The notes below the pieces were generated by a model that saw only the letters and a list, made by a program, of their open reading frames with translations, was not told the DNA's origin and searched no databases. A stretch of 31,626 nt of DNA from a virus (lineage: Duplodnaviria > Caudoviricetes), in IMG/VR virus record IMGVR_UViG_3300049594_000068, positions 1 through 31,626 of that record. One strand, written 5' to 3'. The first letter of the stretch is position 1, and every line of letters begins with the position of its first letter. Made by a program: the position numbers and the translations under genes. Below, piece by piece: positions 6,655 to 15,776 of this stretch.

Positions 6655-8167
6655 GATGCTTCGCCAACACACCAAGCGAAGCAGGAGCTGCTTCAGGTTG
6701 TGGCTCTAGTTTCGCAACAGTTTCACGCAACAACGCAGCATGGCTTGGGTCAAGTGTCTGACCTGCTTCTAACGTGGTTATTGCAACAGCGAGTTGATCG
6801 GCATCAATACCGGTGCGAGTAGCAAGCGCATCAAACGAGCGAACCTGTGCAGAAGTTGCTGCATACGCTGGGAAACCAGTCACTACCGAAACCTCATAGA
6901 GTTTGACTTGACGCAACTCACGGGTCATACCGTCATCACTCCAACGGTCACCACCTTGAGGAACCGTGAAACCGAATGACATCGAGTCAACATCTTTGCG
7001 TTGCATCAACACCGACAGGTCACGACCAACCGTTGTGTCAGGCAAATCGGCCTCAACAAACAAACCTTTAGAATCCTCAACCAAACGCATCGTCTTAGCC
7101 CTAGTGGTAGCCAACAGCATTGACGAGTCATGGTTCATGTACATACGGATATTGTTCCGTGACTTTAATGACTTTGAGAACGCTCCAGGCATAATGCGTT
7201 CGATGAACGGTAGTGGCTCAGAGTCAGAGTTGAATACTGCTGCATAACCACTAAAGGTCATGCCGTTTCCTTCTGGGGCTGCACGAAGTTCAAAGTCATT
7301 GAATGTGATGCGACGTGTCTCAACCTGTTCAGCCATACCTGAAACATTACCAAACTCAGGTTCACTAGTGCGATTGAATGAGAACACCCGATCCGATGAC
7401 TCGTCATCGTCTTCCTGTTCATCTCTGATTTGTTCAACCTTCTCAGCAAACCAATTCATCGCAGGTTCAGGGTCAAGCGGATTGATACCCCACAGGTAGA
7501 ACGCAACAGCACCGGCACCTGGAAACTCTTTGTCATCAGGGTTTGAGTTTTTCGCAGCATCCAAATCAACCATGTGACGTGCAGCCCAAGCGTTCGCACG
7601 AATCACCTTGTCTTCAGTAATCTCACCTCTAGCCATGTCACGTGCTTCACGAACAGTTGAAGCAACGATGCCAGCACCAGCGAGCTTCTGACCGTAATAG
7701 GTCAAACCTTTACGAGCAGCCGATTTGATGTACTCAGGCAAACTCAAATCCACAACACGAACAGAGACATCCATCTCCTGTTCGTCCTCGTCCTCAAGGT
7801 CTTCCTCGTCTTCCTCTTCCTCGATCTCGGCTATCGGTTGCCAAGCGTTGCAGTAGTAGCCACCATCAACGAAGTCATCCCACTTATCGCACCACGCTTT
7901 AGTCCCTTCAGCGTTCTGGCGTGACTCGTCATAGAACACACAGTTCCCACAAGCACGACCATCAGGAACATCCTCAGCCAACGCTGGACGATAGTTCTCT
8001 GGCAACGCCCGCTCACCACCTGGTTCCATCTCCTCAGCAATCGATACAGCGACCATCTGGTCAATCGCATCCTGCTTCGTTGTATGGCAGCCGATCACTT
8101 CGCCGTCTTCCTTCTCGACAGCCCAGCCAGCGCATTCAGAGTTCTTATCGGAAATAAAGTAAGGCAT
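6632..8167 (-). CDS. HK97-type prohead protease (S78) with long multi-domain N-terminal extension
   Basis: C-terminal FSGYAAVFNS, F.E.I.PGAF, NHD, D..GL, MSFGF, L.EVSVV..PAY. Start MPYFISDK is coupled (TGATG) to the upstream gene. Confidence 0.9.
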   Translation of the reverse strand: MPYFISDKNSECAGWAVEKEDGEVIGCHTTKQDAIDQMVAVSIAEEMEPGGERALPENYRPALAEDVPDGRACGNCVFYDESRQNAEGTKAWCDKWDDFVDGGYYCNAWQPIAEIEEEEDEEDLEDEDEQEMDVSVRVVDLSLPEYIKSAARKGLTYYGQKLAGAGIVASTVREARDMARGEITEDKVIRANAWAARHMVDLDAAKNSNPDDKEFPGAGAVAFYLWGINPLDPEPAMNWFAEKVEQIRDEQEDDDESSDRVFSFNRTSEPEFGNVSGMAEQVETRRITFNDFELRAAPEGNGMTFSGYAAVFNSDSEPLPFIERIMPGAFSKSLKSRNNIRMYMNHDSSMLLATTRAKTMRLVEDSKGLFVEADLPDTTVGRDLSVLMQRKDVDSMSFGFTVPQGGDRWSDDGMTRELRQVKLYEVSVVTGFPAYAATSAQVRSFDALATRTGIDADQLAVAITTLEAGQTLDPSHAALLRETVAKLEPQPEAAPASLGVLAKHLELLKNF

Positions 8168-8445
8168 CAGATCGGCTCCGTTAACCATGACATGACATGG
8201 CCTGCTTTTGTTGAAACAGCGTAAAGCAAATCAGTTGGCGAAACCGTCAACTGCAACATCTCACCTTTATCCATCATCAACCCTGTTGAAGTAGTAACAG
8301 CAGAACCACCGATATATACAGAATCCGTGTTGTCGTTGTTATGAATGATTAGACGATACGGGTTGCCTCCGTAATGGTTTAGCAATACGCCGTCAATGAC
8401 AGTCGCAGCCGTACCAATAGAAGTTTGCCCAGAATAAAATGCCAC
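8167..8445 (-). CDS. small beta-rich virion-associated protein
   Basis: 92 aa coupled to both portal (TAGTG) and protease (TGATG). IIHN....VYIGG..VT.STG pattern. Confidence 0.6.
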   Translation of the reverse strand: MAFYSGQTSIGTAATVIDGVLLNHYGGNPYRLIIHNNDNTDSVYIGGSAVTTSTGLMMDKGEMLQLTVSPTDLLYAVSTKAGHVMSWLTEPI

Positions 8446-9794
8446 TACTGAACCTCATACGCAGATGAAGGGTCTTCAGGGTTCACAGTAGAAATCTGTT
8501 GCAACTGGCTTGAAGGCAAACCTGTATGAGCAATCGCAGGCAACCCAACCGTAGACAAAACCTCAGCCGGATCAAACCCAGCAAGAATCAACCGTTGCGC
8601 AATCTCAGCCTTTGACTGCATCTCAGCCAAGTTCGCAGCATTGATGTCCACGTTCGCTAGTGGCACACGGTACGAGTCACCACCGTCAACCGGTGCCATG
8701 TCCTCAAGACGATGAATGTCATTGATAGACAAGAAACCTGATTGAAGACCTGTGGAGAATGATGCGTAGCGTGACGCTTGGTCACCACGCAACAACCCAT
8801 CCACGTTGAACTTCATGAAGGCACGACCCTCAAGCAAACGTGAATATCCTTCTTCAATCTTTTCAATGTAAGGCCTCAACGTATGGGTCACATACTGGAT
8901 GCCGTTCTGTTCCACCGACGCATACGACATCGCACCAGGCGTAGTCACGCCCAGCATTGATGGAGGCACACGGAAGATACGAGCAATCTCTTCTACAGCG
9001 AAACGACGGGACTCTAGGAACTGTGCAGAATCATTGTCAACGGTTGTTTTCGTGAACTTCGCTCCACCGAACAACACACCTGGACGATGCGAACGACGCA
9101 AACCCTTATGGCCTTCTTCAAACCCTGAGACCAAATCTTTAGCCTGCTCACGGGTCAGGTTGCCAGGGAACTCGATGATGCCGGAAGCCGATGAACCTTG
9201 ACCAAAGAATCGTGCAGCGAACTCCTCCAAGGCTTTCGCCAAACCGAGGTTCTCCTTCATGAAGTCAATGCGTGAAATGCCTCGCATCTCACCAGGCAAA
9301 CGAAGCTCGGTGATATGAATCATGTCCTCAGCCTGAATTACATCACGGTTCTCGTAAACATAAATCGGGCGACGAGTTACACGGTCACGACTGCACTCAA
9401 CCCTCTGGGGGTTCAACACAACCAGAGCTGCGACACCTTGATCGTCACGAACAATACGAGTGAACGAGTTGCCGTTCAACATCAATGAAACCAACACCTG
9501 CTGGAAATGCTCGATGCGGGTAACACCGGATTCAGGGATGTCCAACCATGTTGGGCGAGGACGGAACGGACGACGAGTGCCATCGTAACGAAGGAACGTG
9601 TCAACAGGCAGAGTGGAGATTGAATCTGAAATCATGCGGACACACGCATAGACCGCTTCAATCTTGAGCGAATCTTTTTCCGTGATTACAGTTCCGCTAT
9701 TTGTGGTGACACTAAATCCGTCACCTAACGCAAACAATGACTGTGTAGATATTGCTCGGCTTTCGTTGCCATCACCTAACAGTCTCGACAACAT
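8445..9794 (-). CDS. portal protein, HK97 family
   Basis: AVYACVRMISDSISTLP, L.LNGN, G.S, FF.QG, QFLESR.F..EEIARIFRVPP..LG, S..EQ, INDI..LE. Confidence 0.95.
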   Translation of the reverse strand: MLSRLLGDGNESRAISTQSLFALGDGFSVTTNSGTVITEKDSLKIEAVYACVRMISDSISTLPVDTFLRYDGTRRPFRPRPTWLDIPESGVTRIEHFQQVLVSLMLNGNSFTRIVRDDQGVAALVVLNPQRVECSRDRVTRRPIYVYENRDVIQAEDMIHITELRLPGEMRGISRIDFMKENLGLAKALEEFAARFFGQGSSASGIIEFPGNLTREQAKDLVSGFEEGHKGLRRSHRPGVLFGGAKFTKTTVDNDSAQFLESRRFAVEEIARIFRVPPSMLGVTTPGAMSYASVEQNGIQYVTHTLRPYIEKIEEGYSRLLEGRAFMKFNVDGLLRGDQASRYASFSTGLQSGFLSINDIHRLEDMAPVDGGDSYRVPLANVDINAANLAEMQSKAEIAQRLILAGFDPAEVLSTVGLPAIAHTGLPSSQLQQISTVNPEDPSSAYEVQ

Positions 9795-9940
9795 TACTTA
9801 CCTTTCCGACCACGCTCGTAAGCAGCCGTGAACAATAGAACTGACAGGCCAACAAAAATCAGCCCTAATGGAATTGCTATCAAGAATAGTCCATAAGCGA
9901 TGAGCAGGATTGAGAAAACTTCTAGCAGGAAAATAGGCAT
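9794..9940 (-). CDS. small membrane protein preceding portal (not in ORF track)
   Basis: 48 aa MPIFLLEVFSILLIAYGLFLIAIPLGLIFVGLSVLLFTAAYERGRKGK. TAATG-coupled to portal and preceded by TAGTCT-N6-ATG. Confidence 0.7.
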   Translation of the reverse strand: MPIFLLEVFSILLIAYGLFLIAIPLGLIFVGLSVLLFTAAYERGRKGK

Positions 9941-9944
9941 AGCT

Positions 9945-11411
9945 CTAGACTACAAAGAACCCAGGCACAGGTGCTACCTCTTCACGTCGAGTCGCACGAT
10001 CCACAGCCATAGACAACGCAATCGCAGCGTCAATCTTGCGACGAGACTTACCCTTAGACAAACGAAGCCCAGCATCAGTCTGACGTGGCACAGCAGACAA
10101 CACCTGATCCGTGAACATCGGATCGCCATCATGAGCCAACTGCTGATTCACAATGCACTCATACAGCGTCCCGATAGCAGGCACCATACGTTGCGCAGAC
10201 TGCGGAAACTCAACCATCGGCAAACCATCATCAGCCAAAGCCTCAGCCGAACGCTGAAAAAACGCTGGGTCATACGCAAACTCACGAACATTGAACTCAC
10301 GATGCAGACCACGCAGATATTGCTCCACAGCTGCGATGTCAGTCATCGCCCCATCAGGAATCCAAATCTTCGCACGAACCACCAGACGATGACCCTGAGG
10401 TTGGCACAACACCACAGCAATCGAGTCATGCTTCAACGCCATGTCAATCCCCACAAACATCGGCAAGTCAAGATCAACCTGTAGTTCTGATTGGCATTGT
10501 TCCCACCCGCCCGCCGGTAGCCAAGGCGAGTCCTCTTGTCTGACCCATTGGTTCAGACGGTAACGCCTCATAGGAATCTCAGCCGTCTGATTCATACTGA
10601 CTTCCATGTCTTCCATGTCAAGCAAACCTTCAGCCAAGTTCGGGTTGGCTTGCGCCCACGCATCTCGGTCATGAACAGCACAACCTTCCGGTGCTTCCCA
10701 CCACCAGAAACCAAACCGCTCATCGTCACGCTCGCCAGAGATAACTTGCTTGCCGTAGTTGTACAACCGTCCACAGATTGTGTCCAAGTCAAAACCTGCT
10801 GTTGTGATTGCAACAATCATCGGGTCTTTTCTTGCACCAGAACCCAACGTCAACGCATCCCACAGCTCACTATCACGCTGGACGTGCAACTCGTCAAATA
10901 CGACGCACGACGGGTTGAGGCCTTGTTGAAGTTTGGCATCGCTAGATAGCACTCGATAGATGGCACCGGTTGACGGAACTTCAATCACATCCCGATACAC
11001 CTTGCATACACCTGATAATGCTGGCGACTGAGTGATCTGCCACTTCGCCTCATTGAACACAACCCGTGCCTGTTGTCGGTCACCTGCTGCGGAATACACT
11101 TCGGCACCTGGCTCACCTTCAATCAAATTGTAAAGAGCAATCAAAGAACCAAGAAGTGATTTACCGTTCTTGCGAGCAAGCCCAACTAACGCTCGCCGAT
11201 AACGAAGGAGACCATCAGGACGACGCTCAAAAAGATTATCCAATAAATCAGACTGCCAACCAGTAAGCACCAATGGCTCACCCGCACGAACACCCTTCGA
11301 CACATGCAGAAAAGTTCTTGCAAAATCGCTGACCAACGCACCATCAGACTTCGGATACAACCTCGGTGTCGACCACGTTGGCTTTGCGCTGCCTGAACTG
11401 GTCAAGCTCAT
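9945..11411 (-). CDS. terL: terminase large subunit
   Basis: Walker A ARKNGKS, Walker B VVFDELH, ITTAG coupling motif, W..ANP, nuclease GIDMA..D and KIDAAIA. Exact start uncertain (11411 or 11417). Confidence 0.95.
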   Translation of the reverse strand: MSLTSSGSAKPTWSTPRLYPKSDGALVSDFARTFLHVSKGVRAGEPLVLTGWQSDLLDNLFERRPDGLLRYRRALVGLARKNGKSLLGSLIALYNLIEGEPGAEVYSAAGDRQQARVVFNEAKWQITQSPALSGVCKVYRDVIEVPSTGAIYRVLSSDAKLQQGLNPSCVVFDELHVQRDSELWDALTLGSGARKDPMIVAITTAGFDLDTICGRLYNYGKQVISGERDDERFGFWWWEAPEGCAVHDRDAWAQANPNLAEGLLDMEDMEVSMNQTAEIPMRRYRLNQWVRQEDSPWLPAGGWEQCQSELQVDLDLPMFVGIDMALKHDSIAVVLCQPQGHRLVVRAKIWIPDGAMTDIAAVEQYLRGLHREFNVREFAYDPAFFQRSAEALADDGLPMVEFPQSAQRMVPAIGTLYECIVNQQLAHDGDPMFTDQVLSAVPRQTDAGLRLSKGKSRRKIDAAIALSMAVDRATRREEVAPVPGFFVV

Positions 11412-11886
11412 TGGCAACCCTTATCTCTGCCAAGCCCAACCTGGCTCTGTCGCTTGGTGTGAAACCAAGCAAACTCATCCAAGCCGTGTTCTGAGCATCC
11501 ATCTGATCTATCTGCTTCACCGCCGGATGAGTCACAATCTGACCATTCGGACTTGTATACCAACGACGCTCGACATCCGACCCCAACCAACTCTCCAGCT
11601 CTGCGATCCTGTCGAAGTTTGAACACAACCTGGTCATCAACGGAGTGTCGTGAAGTTCTGATAGATGTCTCCGACCAGCCGTCCAATAAATCCCCCAATA
11701 CGCAACTCCAACCTCGCCCAAAGTTTTCGGCGGTTCCGGTATCGCACCCAAATCCACCAAAGCCAACGCAGACTCCGGCATCGGCTGCGCCTTCAAGCCC
11801 CCACGAATCTCCGCACCTCTCGCACGTTTGCGCTCGACAGGCTCGGCCTTCTTGCCACGCCCAACTCCAGTCCTCGGTGTTGCCAT
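11344..11886 (-). CDS. terS: terminase small subunit, P27-like
   Basis: PEPPKTL......W, NGQ...HPAV, LGFTPSDRARL. Directly upstream of terL. Confidence 0.9.
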   Translation of the reverse strand: MATPRTGVGRGKKAEPVERKRARGAEIRGGLKAQPMPESALALVDLGAIPEPPKTLGEVGVAYWGIYWTAGRRHLSELHDTPLMTRLCSNFDRIAELESWLGSDVERRWYTSPNGQIVTHPAVKQIDQMDAQNTAWMSLLGFTPSDRARLGLAEIRVANELDQFRQRKANVVDTEVVSEV

Positions 11887-12003
11887 GCCCCAATGGTAGC
11901 CGTACCCCCTTCACAACCGAGGCGTGTCTTGCGCACGGCATGGGTAGTTGCGTCGTCGGGCGTTTTGAGTTTGCCCCCACCCCCCAGGCTGCCGGTGGGG
12001 GGG
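11887..12003. other. candidate cos/packaging region and terS leaderless promoter
   Basis: Non-coding gap between HNH and terS with G-runs (GGGGGTGGGGG) and an inverted repeat. TACCAT-N6-ATG precedes terS. This is the usual cos position in HNH/P27-terminase phages. Confidence 0.5.
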
Positions 12004-12306
12004 TCATGGCTTGCCTCGGTTGCCTCGACTGGCGTTGCATGACCTGTGCGCACCACGTAGCTCTGAGTTGATGTCACCTGGCACAACATGGTCTGCTTGC
12101 CAAGGGTCTTCAGGGTTGGAGCCTTTGCCACAAAGCCAACAGAGGAGCGTGGTGTCCCGTACTCGCTTTGCACGTGAGGCGTAGTCACCTTGGTAATGAA
12201 CTCGCTTCTTGTTCCTGTTGTGGTTCCATGCCTGCTGGCATGTGTCGCAGCGTTGGATGTTTGTGGTGAGTCGTCTGCACACTAGGCAGGGGCGTTGGAT
12301 GGGCAT
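12004..12306 (-). CDS. HNH endonuclease, terminase-associated (HK97 gp74-like)
   Basis: MPIQRPCLVC..C..C, CWLCG, ADHVVPG, AHRSCNASRG. Last gene before terS. Confidence 0.85.
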   Translation of the reverse strand: MPIQRPCLVCRRLTTNIQRCDTCQQAWNHNRNKKRVHYQGDYASRAKRVRDTTLLCWLCGKGSNPEDPWQADHVVPGDINSELRGAHRSCNASRGNRGKP

Positions 12307-12308
12307 GG

Positions 12309-14330
12309 TTACCAGATGTCCTCTTCGAGATTGATGTTGTCTTGATTGTCTGTGGCTTGGGTGGGCTGGGGCAGGGACGGAACCCCACCGTACCTTACGG
12401 TACGGGGGGTGGTTCCCTTGTCCTCGTTGGGTTCTGTGAGGTGGTTCCCAAGGGTGGTTCCCGTTTCTAGTGGATCGGGTGAGGGTTGTTGACGGCATTG
12501 AATGGCTCGTCCGAGTACTGATTTGCGCATGAGTTGGATGCCTCGTTCTTTGGCGTATCGTGCTGCTTCGTTGACTCCGAGGTGGCGTGGGATGCCTAGT
12601 TCGTCTAGGCGTTTGGCTGCTTTGATTTCTTGTTGTGTCCAGCCTTTAATTTCTTTGTGTTTGAGTCTGATGTTTATTAGGCCTGAGTCACCGTTTTCAT
12701 CGGTGATGTCTTCGACTATTAGGTTGACGGTTTCTGGTACCCAGCTGATGCGTGTGTGGGTGCGCTTAAGGGTTAGACCATCGTCAGACTTGTCGAGGCG
12801 GTACACGATGTCCACGTCATCGTTCTTGGCTGAGGAACCTCGTTGGCCTTGTTTCTTGCCTCCGTCTTTGCCTGCGTGGTCTGTTCGGATGCAGGCGATG
12901 TTGGCTCGTTTGAGTGTGAGTCCTGTGGTTCGTGCGAACTCACGATAAGAGTCAGCAGAGTTCTCTTCACCATCGATGGCTCGTCCGGTGGTGTCAATCA
13001 CTACGACTTCAGCCTTGGTGAGTTCTACGAGTTTGAGGACGGCTGAGGCTCCTTCTGGTGTGTTGAGTGGTGGGAGGCTTGGGATGAGTGCGTAGTGCAG
13101 GTGGGATAGGTCGTCTTCTTCTGTGTAGCCGAATTGTTCTAGGCGTTCGTAGAGGTCTGATTCAATCATTTCGTAGTCGAGATATAGGACGTGGACTGGT
13201 GGTTGTGCTGGTTGTCCGAGGATTGATTTGCCTGTAGCGAGTGCTGCGGTGACGTTGAGTGTCAACCAGGATTTACCTGTTTTGGCTGAGGCGAATAGGG
13301 CTGTCTGTCGGCCTTTGGCGATGAGTGGTTTGGCTAACCATTCTTCGGTTGCGTGTTCGAGTGACCAGAATGTTTTCCAGTCCACCAGCATTGAGAGCAT
13401 CTCGTCTGGTGTGGGGATTGGTGTGGTTGGTTCAGGTTTGCCTTCATTGGTGGCTAGGAAGGCTTGGGAGGCTTGTTTCCAGTCTCCACCATGTTTGGAG
13501 GCTGCGTAGTATCCGAAGCGGTTGTAGCCTCCTTCTGGTAGCCAGGGGATGCTTGAGGTGAAGACGATGAGTGCGTCGTTGCCGTTGTGACCTATCGTTG
13601 CGCTGGTTCCGTCACGTGGGTCTTTGCCTGGGCGAACCCAATGCTGTTCACCATGCCTGTCTACTTTGGCGAGTGTCCAGCCGTCTGGGATGAGCAGTTC
13701 TTCCCATGTGGTGCGGGCGCAGTAGCGGGCTGATGGGGTGTTGGGGTCTGTGAGGAAGTTGTCGGGTTGGCCTTTGGGTTTGACCATCTCTGGTTGTTTG
13801 GTGAGGAGTTTGATGAGCCAGTCTGGGGCTTTGGCTGGTCGTCGTTCGTGTGGTGATAGGCCGTGTTCCCATTGGTAGGTGCGTCCGTTGGGGTGGATGG
13901 TTGGTGCTGCGAGGACTTGTCCACCTGTGCCACGTATGTCAAGTCCTACGCCTAGGCGTGAGCCTGCGTCGTTGCGGATGTCTTCGTCACAGTAGAAGTA
14001 CAGGTGTTGTCCACCGGTGCCTGTGATGGCGGTGACTGTTTCGGGGAGTTTGCCGTATTTGTCTTCAAGGTCTTTGAGTGTGTCTGAGCCTTTGTATTCT
14101 TCACGGTCATCCACGTCGAGGACAAAGATGCGTCCGTGTTTAGTTTGACCTGTAGCGATACCAATTCCATAACCTGAGTATTGGCTAGTCCACCAATCGT
14201 TCACAACATGAATGTCGTTGCTCGCTTTGTCTTGCCATTGTGACATCGGTGGACGCTTCTCACCAGGCTTAATCGGAATAACCCTGATACCTAGCTCAGC
14301 GAGTTTGATTGCTTCTTCACGCATTGTCAC
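12309..14330 (-). CDS. bifunctional primase-polymerase (Prim-Pol) fused to RecA-like (AAA_25/RepA-type) helicase
   Basis: VIPIKPGEKRP, GIGIATG, VLDVD, TGTGGQHLYF, DIRG.GG.V.A.P..H..G..Y.W, Walker A ASAKTGKS, YLDYE, Walker B VVIDT, H.GK...RGSSA. Confidence 0.92.
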   Translation of the reverse strand: MTMREEAIKLAELGIRVIPIKPGEKRPPMSQWQDKASNDIHVVNDWWTSQYSGYGIGIATGQTKHGRIFVLDVDDREEYKGSDTLKDLEDKYGKLPETVTAITGTGGQHLYFYCDEDIRNDAGSRLGVGLDIRGTGGQVLAAPTIHPNGRTYQWEHGLSPHERRPAKAPDWLIKLLTKQPEMVKPKGQPDNFLTDPNTPSARYCARTTWEELLIPDGWTLAKVDRHGEQHWVRPGKDPRDGTSATIGHNGNDALIVFTSSIPWLPEGGYNRFGYYAASKHGGDWKQASQAFLATNEGKPEPTTPIPTPDEMLSMLVDWKTFWSLEHATEEWLAKPLIAKGRQTALFASAKTGKSWLTLNVTAALATGKSILGQPAQPPVHVLYLDYEMIESDLYERLEQFGYTEEDDLSHLHYALIPSLPPLNTPEGASAVLKLVELTKAEVVVIDTTGRAIDGEENSADSYREFARTTGLTLKRANIACIRTDHAGKDGGKKQGQRGSSAKNDDVDIVYRLDKSDDGLTLKRTHTRISWVPETVNLIVEDITDENGDSGLINIRLKHKEIKGWTQQEIKAAKRLDELGIPRHLGVNEAARYAKERGIQLMRKSVLGRAIQCRQQPSPDPLETGTTLGNHLTEPNEDKGTTPRTVRYGGVPSLPQPTQATDNQDNINLEEDIW
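12379..12462. repeat. iteron-like repeats and palindrome (candidate replication origin)
   Basis: GGTGGTTCCC occurs three times (12408, 12440, 12453), plus the inverted repeat CCGTACC-ttac-GGTACGG flanked by GGAACC/GGTTCC. Confidence 0.55.
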
Positions 14331-14575
14331 GATGCCAACTCCACTTCATCAAACCAGTTTGACCAAATCTCTGATGGATGTTTACCAAGCAGGCAAGCAT
14401 ATTTGTCTGCTCGCCATTGGTCTAGATAGGTGTTGCCTTCTCGCCATGTTTGAATTGCAGCTCTACCAACTCCGAGTCGTTCACCGATTGTTGATGCCCA
14501 CATATCGTCTGGGAACTCTTTGAGTAGGGCTGAGGCGGGATAGTTGTATCCCTTATTGACTCTTGTGTGTTTCAT
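14327..14575 (-). CDS. HTH DNA-binding protein (Cro/Ner-like)
   Basis: IGERLGVGRAAIQTWREG and LGKHPSEIW. SD AGGAGG. Confidence 0.75.
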   Translation of the reverse strand: MKHTRVNKGYNYPASALLKEFPDDMWASTIGERLGVGRAAIQTWREGNTYLDQWRADKYACLLGKHPSEIWSNWFDEVELAS

Positions 14576-14614
14576 ATCCCTCCTACAGGATTAGGTTTCG
14601 TTTGAGTGTAGGTG

Positions 14615-14857
14615 TTATTCGTCTTCGTCTTCGTCATAGCGGTTGTTGAATGACCTGGCGATCCGATACTTCTCTGCTGCGCTGGCTGATTCGAGTAGGC
14701 CGAGGCTGGTTGAGGCGGTTTGGTTGCGTAGGGTGGTCACCCAGAATGATTGGTCTCCGTTGATGCGTTCTATGTTGGCGATGACGACATAGCCGGTGCA
14801 GAGTCCTTCTGCTGATGCTTCTATGAACTCTGCTATCGGGTCTTCATAGTTATTCAT
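14615..14857 (-). CDS. hypothetical protein
   Basis: MNNYEDPIAEF..., 80 aa, acidic tail, fits the operon tiling. Confidence 0.6.
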   Translation of the reverse strand: MNNYEDPIAEFIEASAEGLCTGYVVIANIERINGDQSFWVTTLRNQTASTSLGLLESASAAEKYRIARSFNNRYDEDEDE

Positions 14858-14942
14858 CAAAGTCGTCTGGCTTATCTCCGCATAACGGTTTGGAAGGTAG
14901 CGCACGTTTGATGGTGCAGTTGCAGATGCGGGCTTGGGTCAT
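14850..14942 (-). CDS. 30-aa Cys-containing hypothetical peptide
   Basis: MTQARICNCTIKRALPSKPLCGDKPDDFDE. ATGA-coupled upstream and overlaps the next start. Confidence 0.45.
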   Translation of the reverse strand: MTQARICNCTIKRALPSKPLCGDKPDDFDE

Positions 14943-15109
14943 GATTGCTCGAAGACCGTGTAATCAGCATGACTCATCTTGAGCATCCGTCCGTCCGGTT
15001 GGATAGCGATCCACGTCGGAGCGTCAGGGTCGCAAAGGCAGCCTTGAAGGATTTGTGTGTCATGTCTGACCATTGACCCACACTTGTTGCATTGGACTCG
15101 GTAGATCAT
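14939..15109 (-). CDS. small Zn-finger protein
   Basis: MIYRVQCNKCG...CLCD. ATGA coupling at both ends. Confidence 0.6.
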   Translation of the reverse strand: MIYRVQCNKCGSMVRHDTQILQGCLCDPDAPTWIAIQPDGRMLKMSHADYTVFEQS

Positions 15110-15168
15110 CGGGTCAACCAATAGAAGAACGCTGACAGGATGATGATGAGTGCGATGAATGTTTCCAT
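15106..15168 (-). CDS. 20-aa single-pass membrane peptide
   Basis: METFIALIIILSAFFYWLTR. SD GAGGAG, TAATG and ATGA coupling exactly fill the gap. Confidence 0.55.
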   Translation of the reverse strand: METFIALIIILSAFFYWLTR

Positions 15169-15314
15169 TATTTGTTTAACTCCTCTTTGAGTGCGTCTAG
15201 TTCGTTGCGTAACGATTCGATGAGCTGGTTGGCTTCATTAAGCATATGTACTAACTCGTTGCGTTCATAGCCCAGCATGAATAGGTCTAGGGCTAGTTCG
15301 TTGTCACGACTCAT
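15168..15314 (-). CDS. small coiled-coil protein
   Basis: 48 aa MSRDNELALDLFMLGYERNELVHMLNEANQLIESLRNELDALKEELNK. SD GGAGG. Confidence 0.6.
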   Translation of the reverse strand: MSRDNELALDLFMLGYERNELVHMLNEANQLIESLRNELDALKEELNK

Positions 15315-15540
15315 TCTCTGCCTCCTCTTTGGCTTCTAGTTCGTACCGAAGCACCCTAACTTCCCTCAGTACGACATCGAGCATCTGGTTTGCTTGGTCA
15401 AGGCTTTTCTTTGCTGCAAGCAGGTCACGATGGTAGTGGTCAGCAAGCTTTGCGTTCGCCATGATTTGACCTTCCTTCATCGCAAGCAAACTTCGAAGCC
15501 TTGCAGGGTTCCAATCCCACCAAAGTTGACGCAGGCTCAT
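15304..15540 (-). CDS. hypothetical coiled-coil protein
   Basis: MSLRQLWWDW.... ATGA overlap with the upstream gene. Confidence 0.55.
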   Translation of the reverse strand: MSLRQLWWDWNPARLRSLLAMKEGQIMANAKLADHYHRDLLAAKKSLDQANQMLDVVLREVRVLRYELEAKEEAENES

Positions 15541-15776
15541 CGTCGTTCCAGTTTGATTGGTGATGACCAGCGTGAATCCCATGCGCTACCAGGCTTGGTT
15601 GCGATAGTGATAGTTCCGTCTTCGTCAAGGCTGACGAGTAGGTAGAGGCCGTTTGTGTCTTTGGCGTTGATGATGTCATGGTTGGCGATGTGTGCCACCC
15701 AGTTCGCTGACTGGTCTCGATGGGTGAGGACTGAGATGGTGTGTGGTGCGTCTGGGAAGTTTTCTGTTTGGTTCAT
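15537..15776 (-). CDS. hypothetical protein
   Basis: MNQTENFPDAP.... ATGA overlaps at both ends. Confidence 0.55.
   Translation of the reverse strand: MNQTENFPDAPHTISVLTHRDQSANWVAHIANHDIINAKDTNGLYLLVSLDEDGTITIATKPGSAWDSRWSSPIKLERR

Noticed and set aside
11408-12188. Alternative minus-strand ORFs of 210 and 131 aa
   Set aside because: They overlap terS and HNH in other frames, have no motifs, and are likely by-products of GC-rich sequence.
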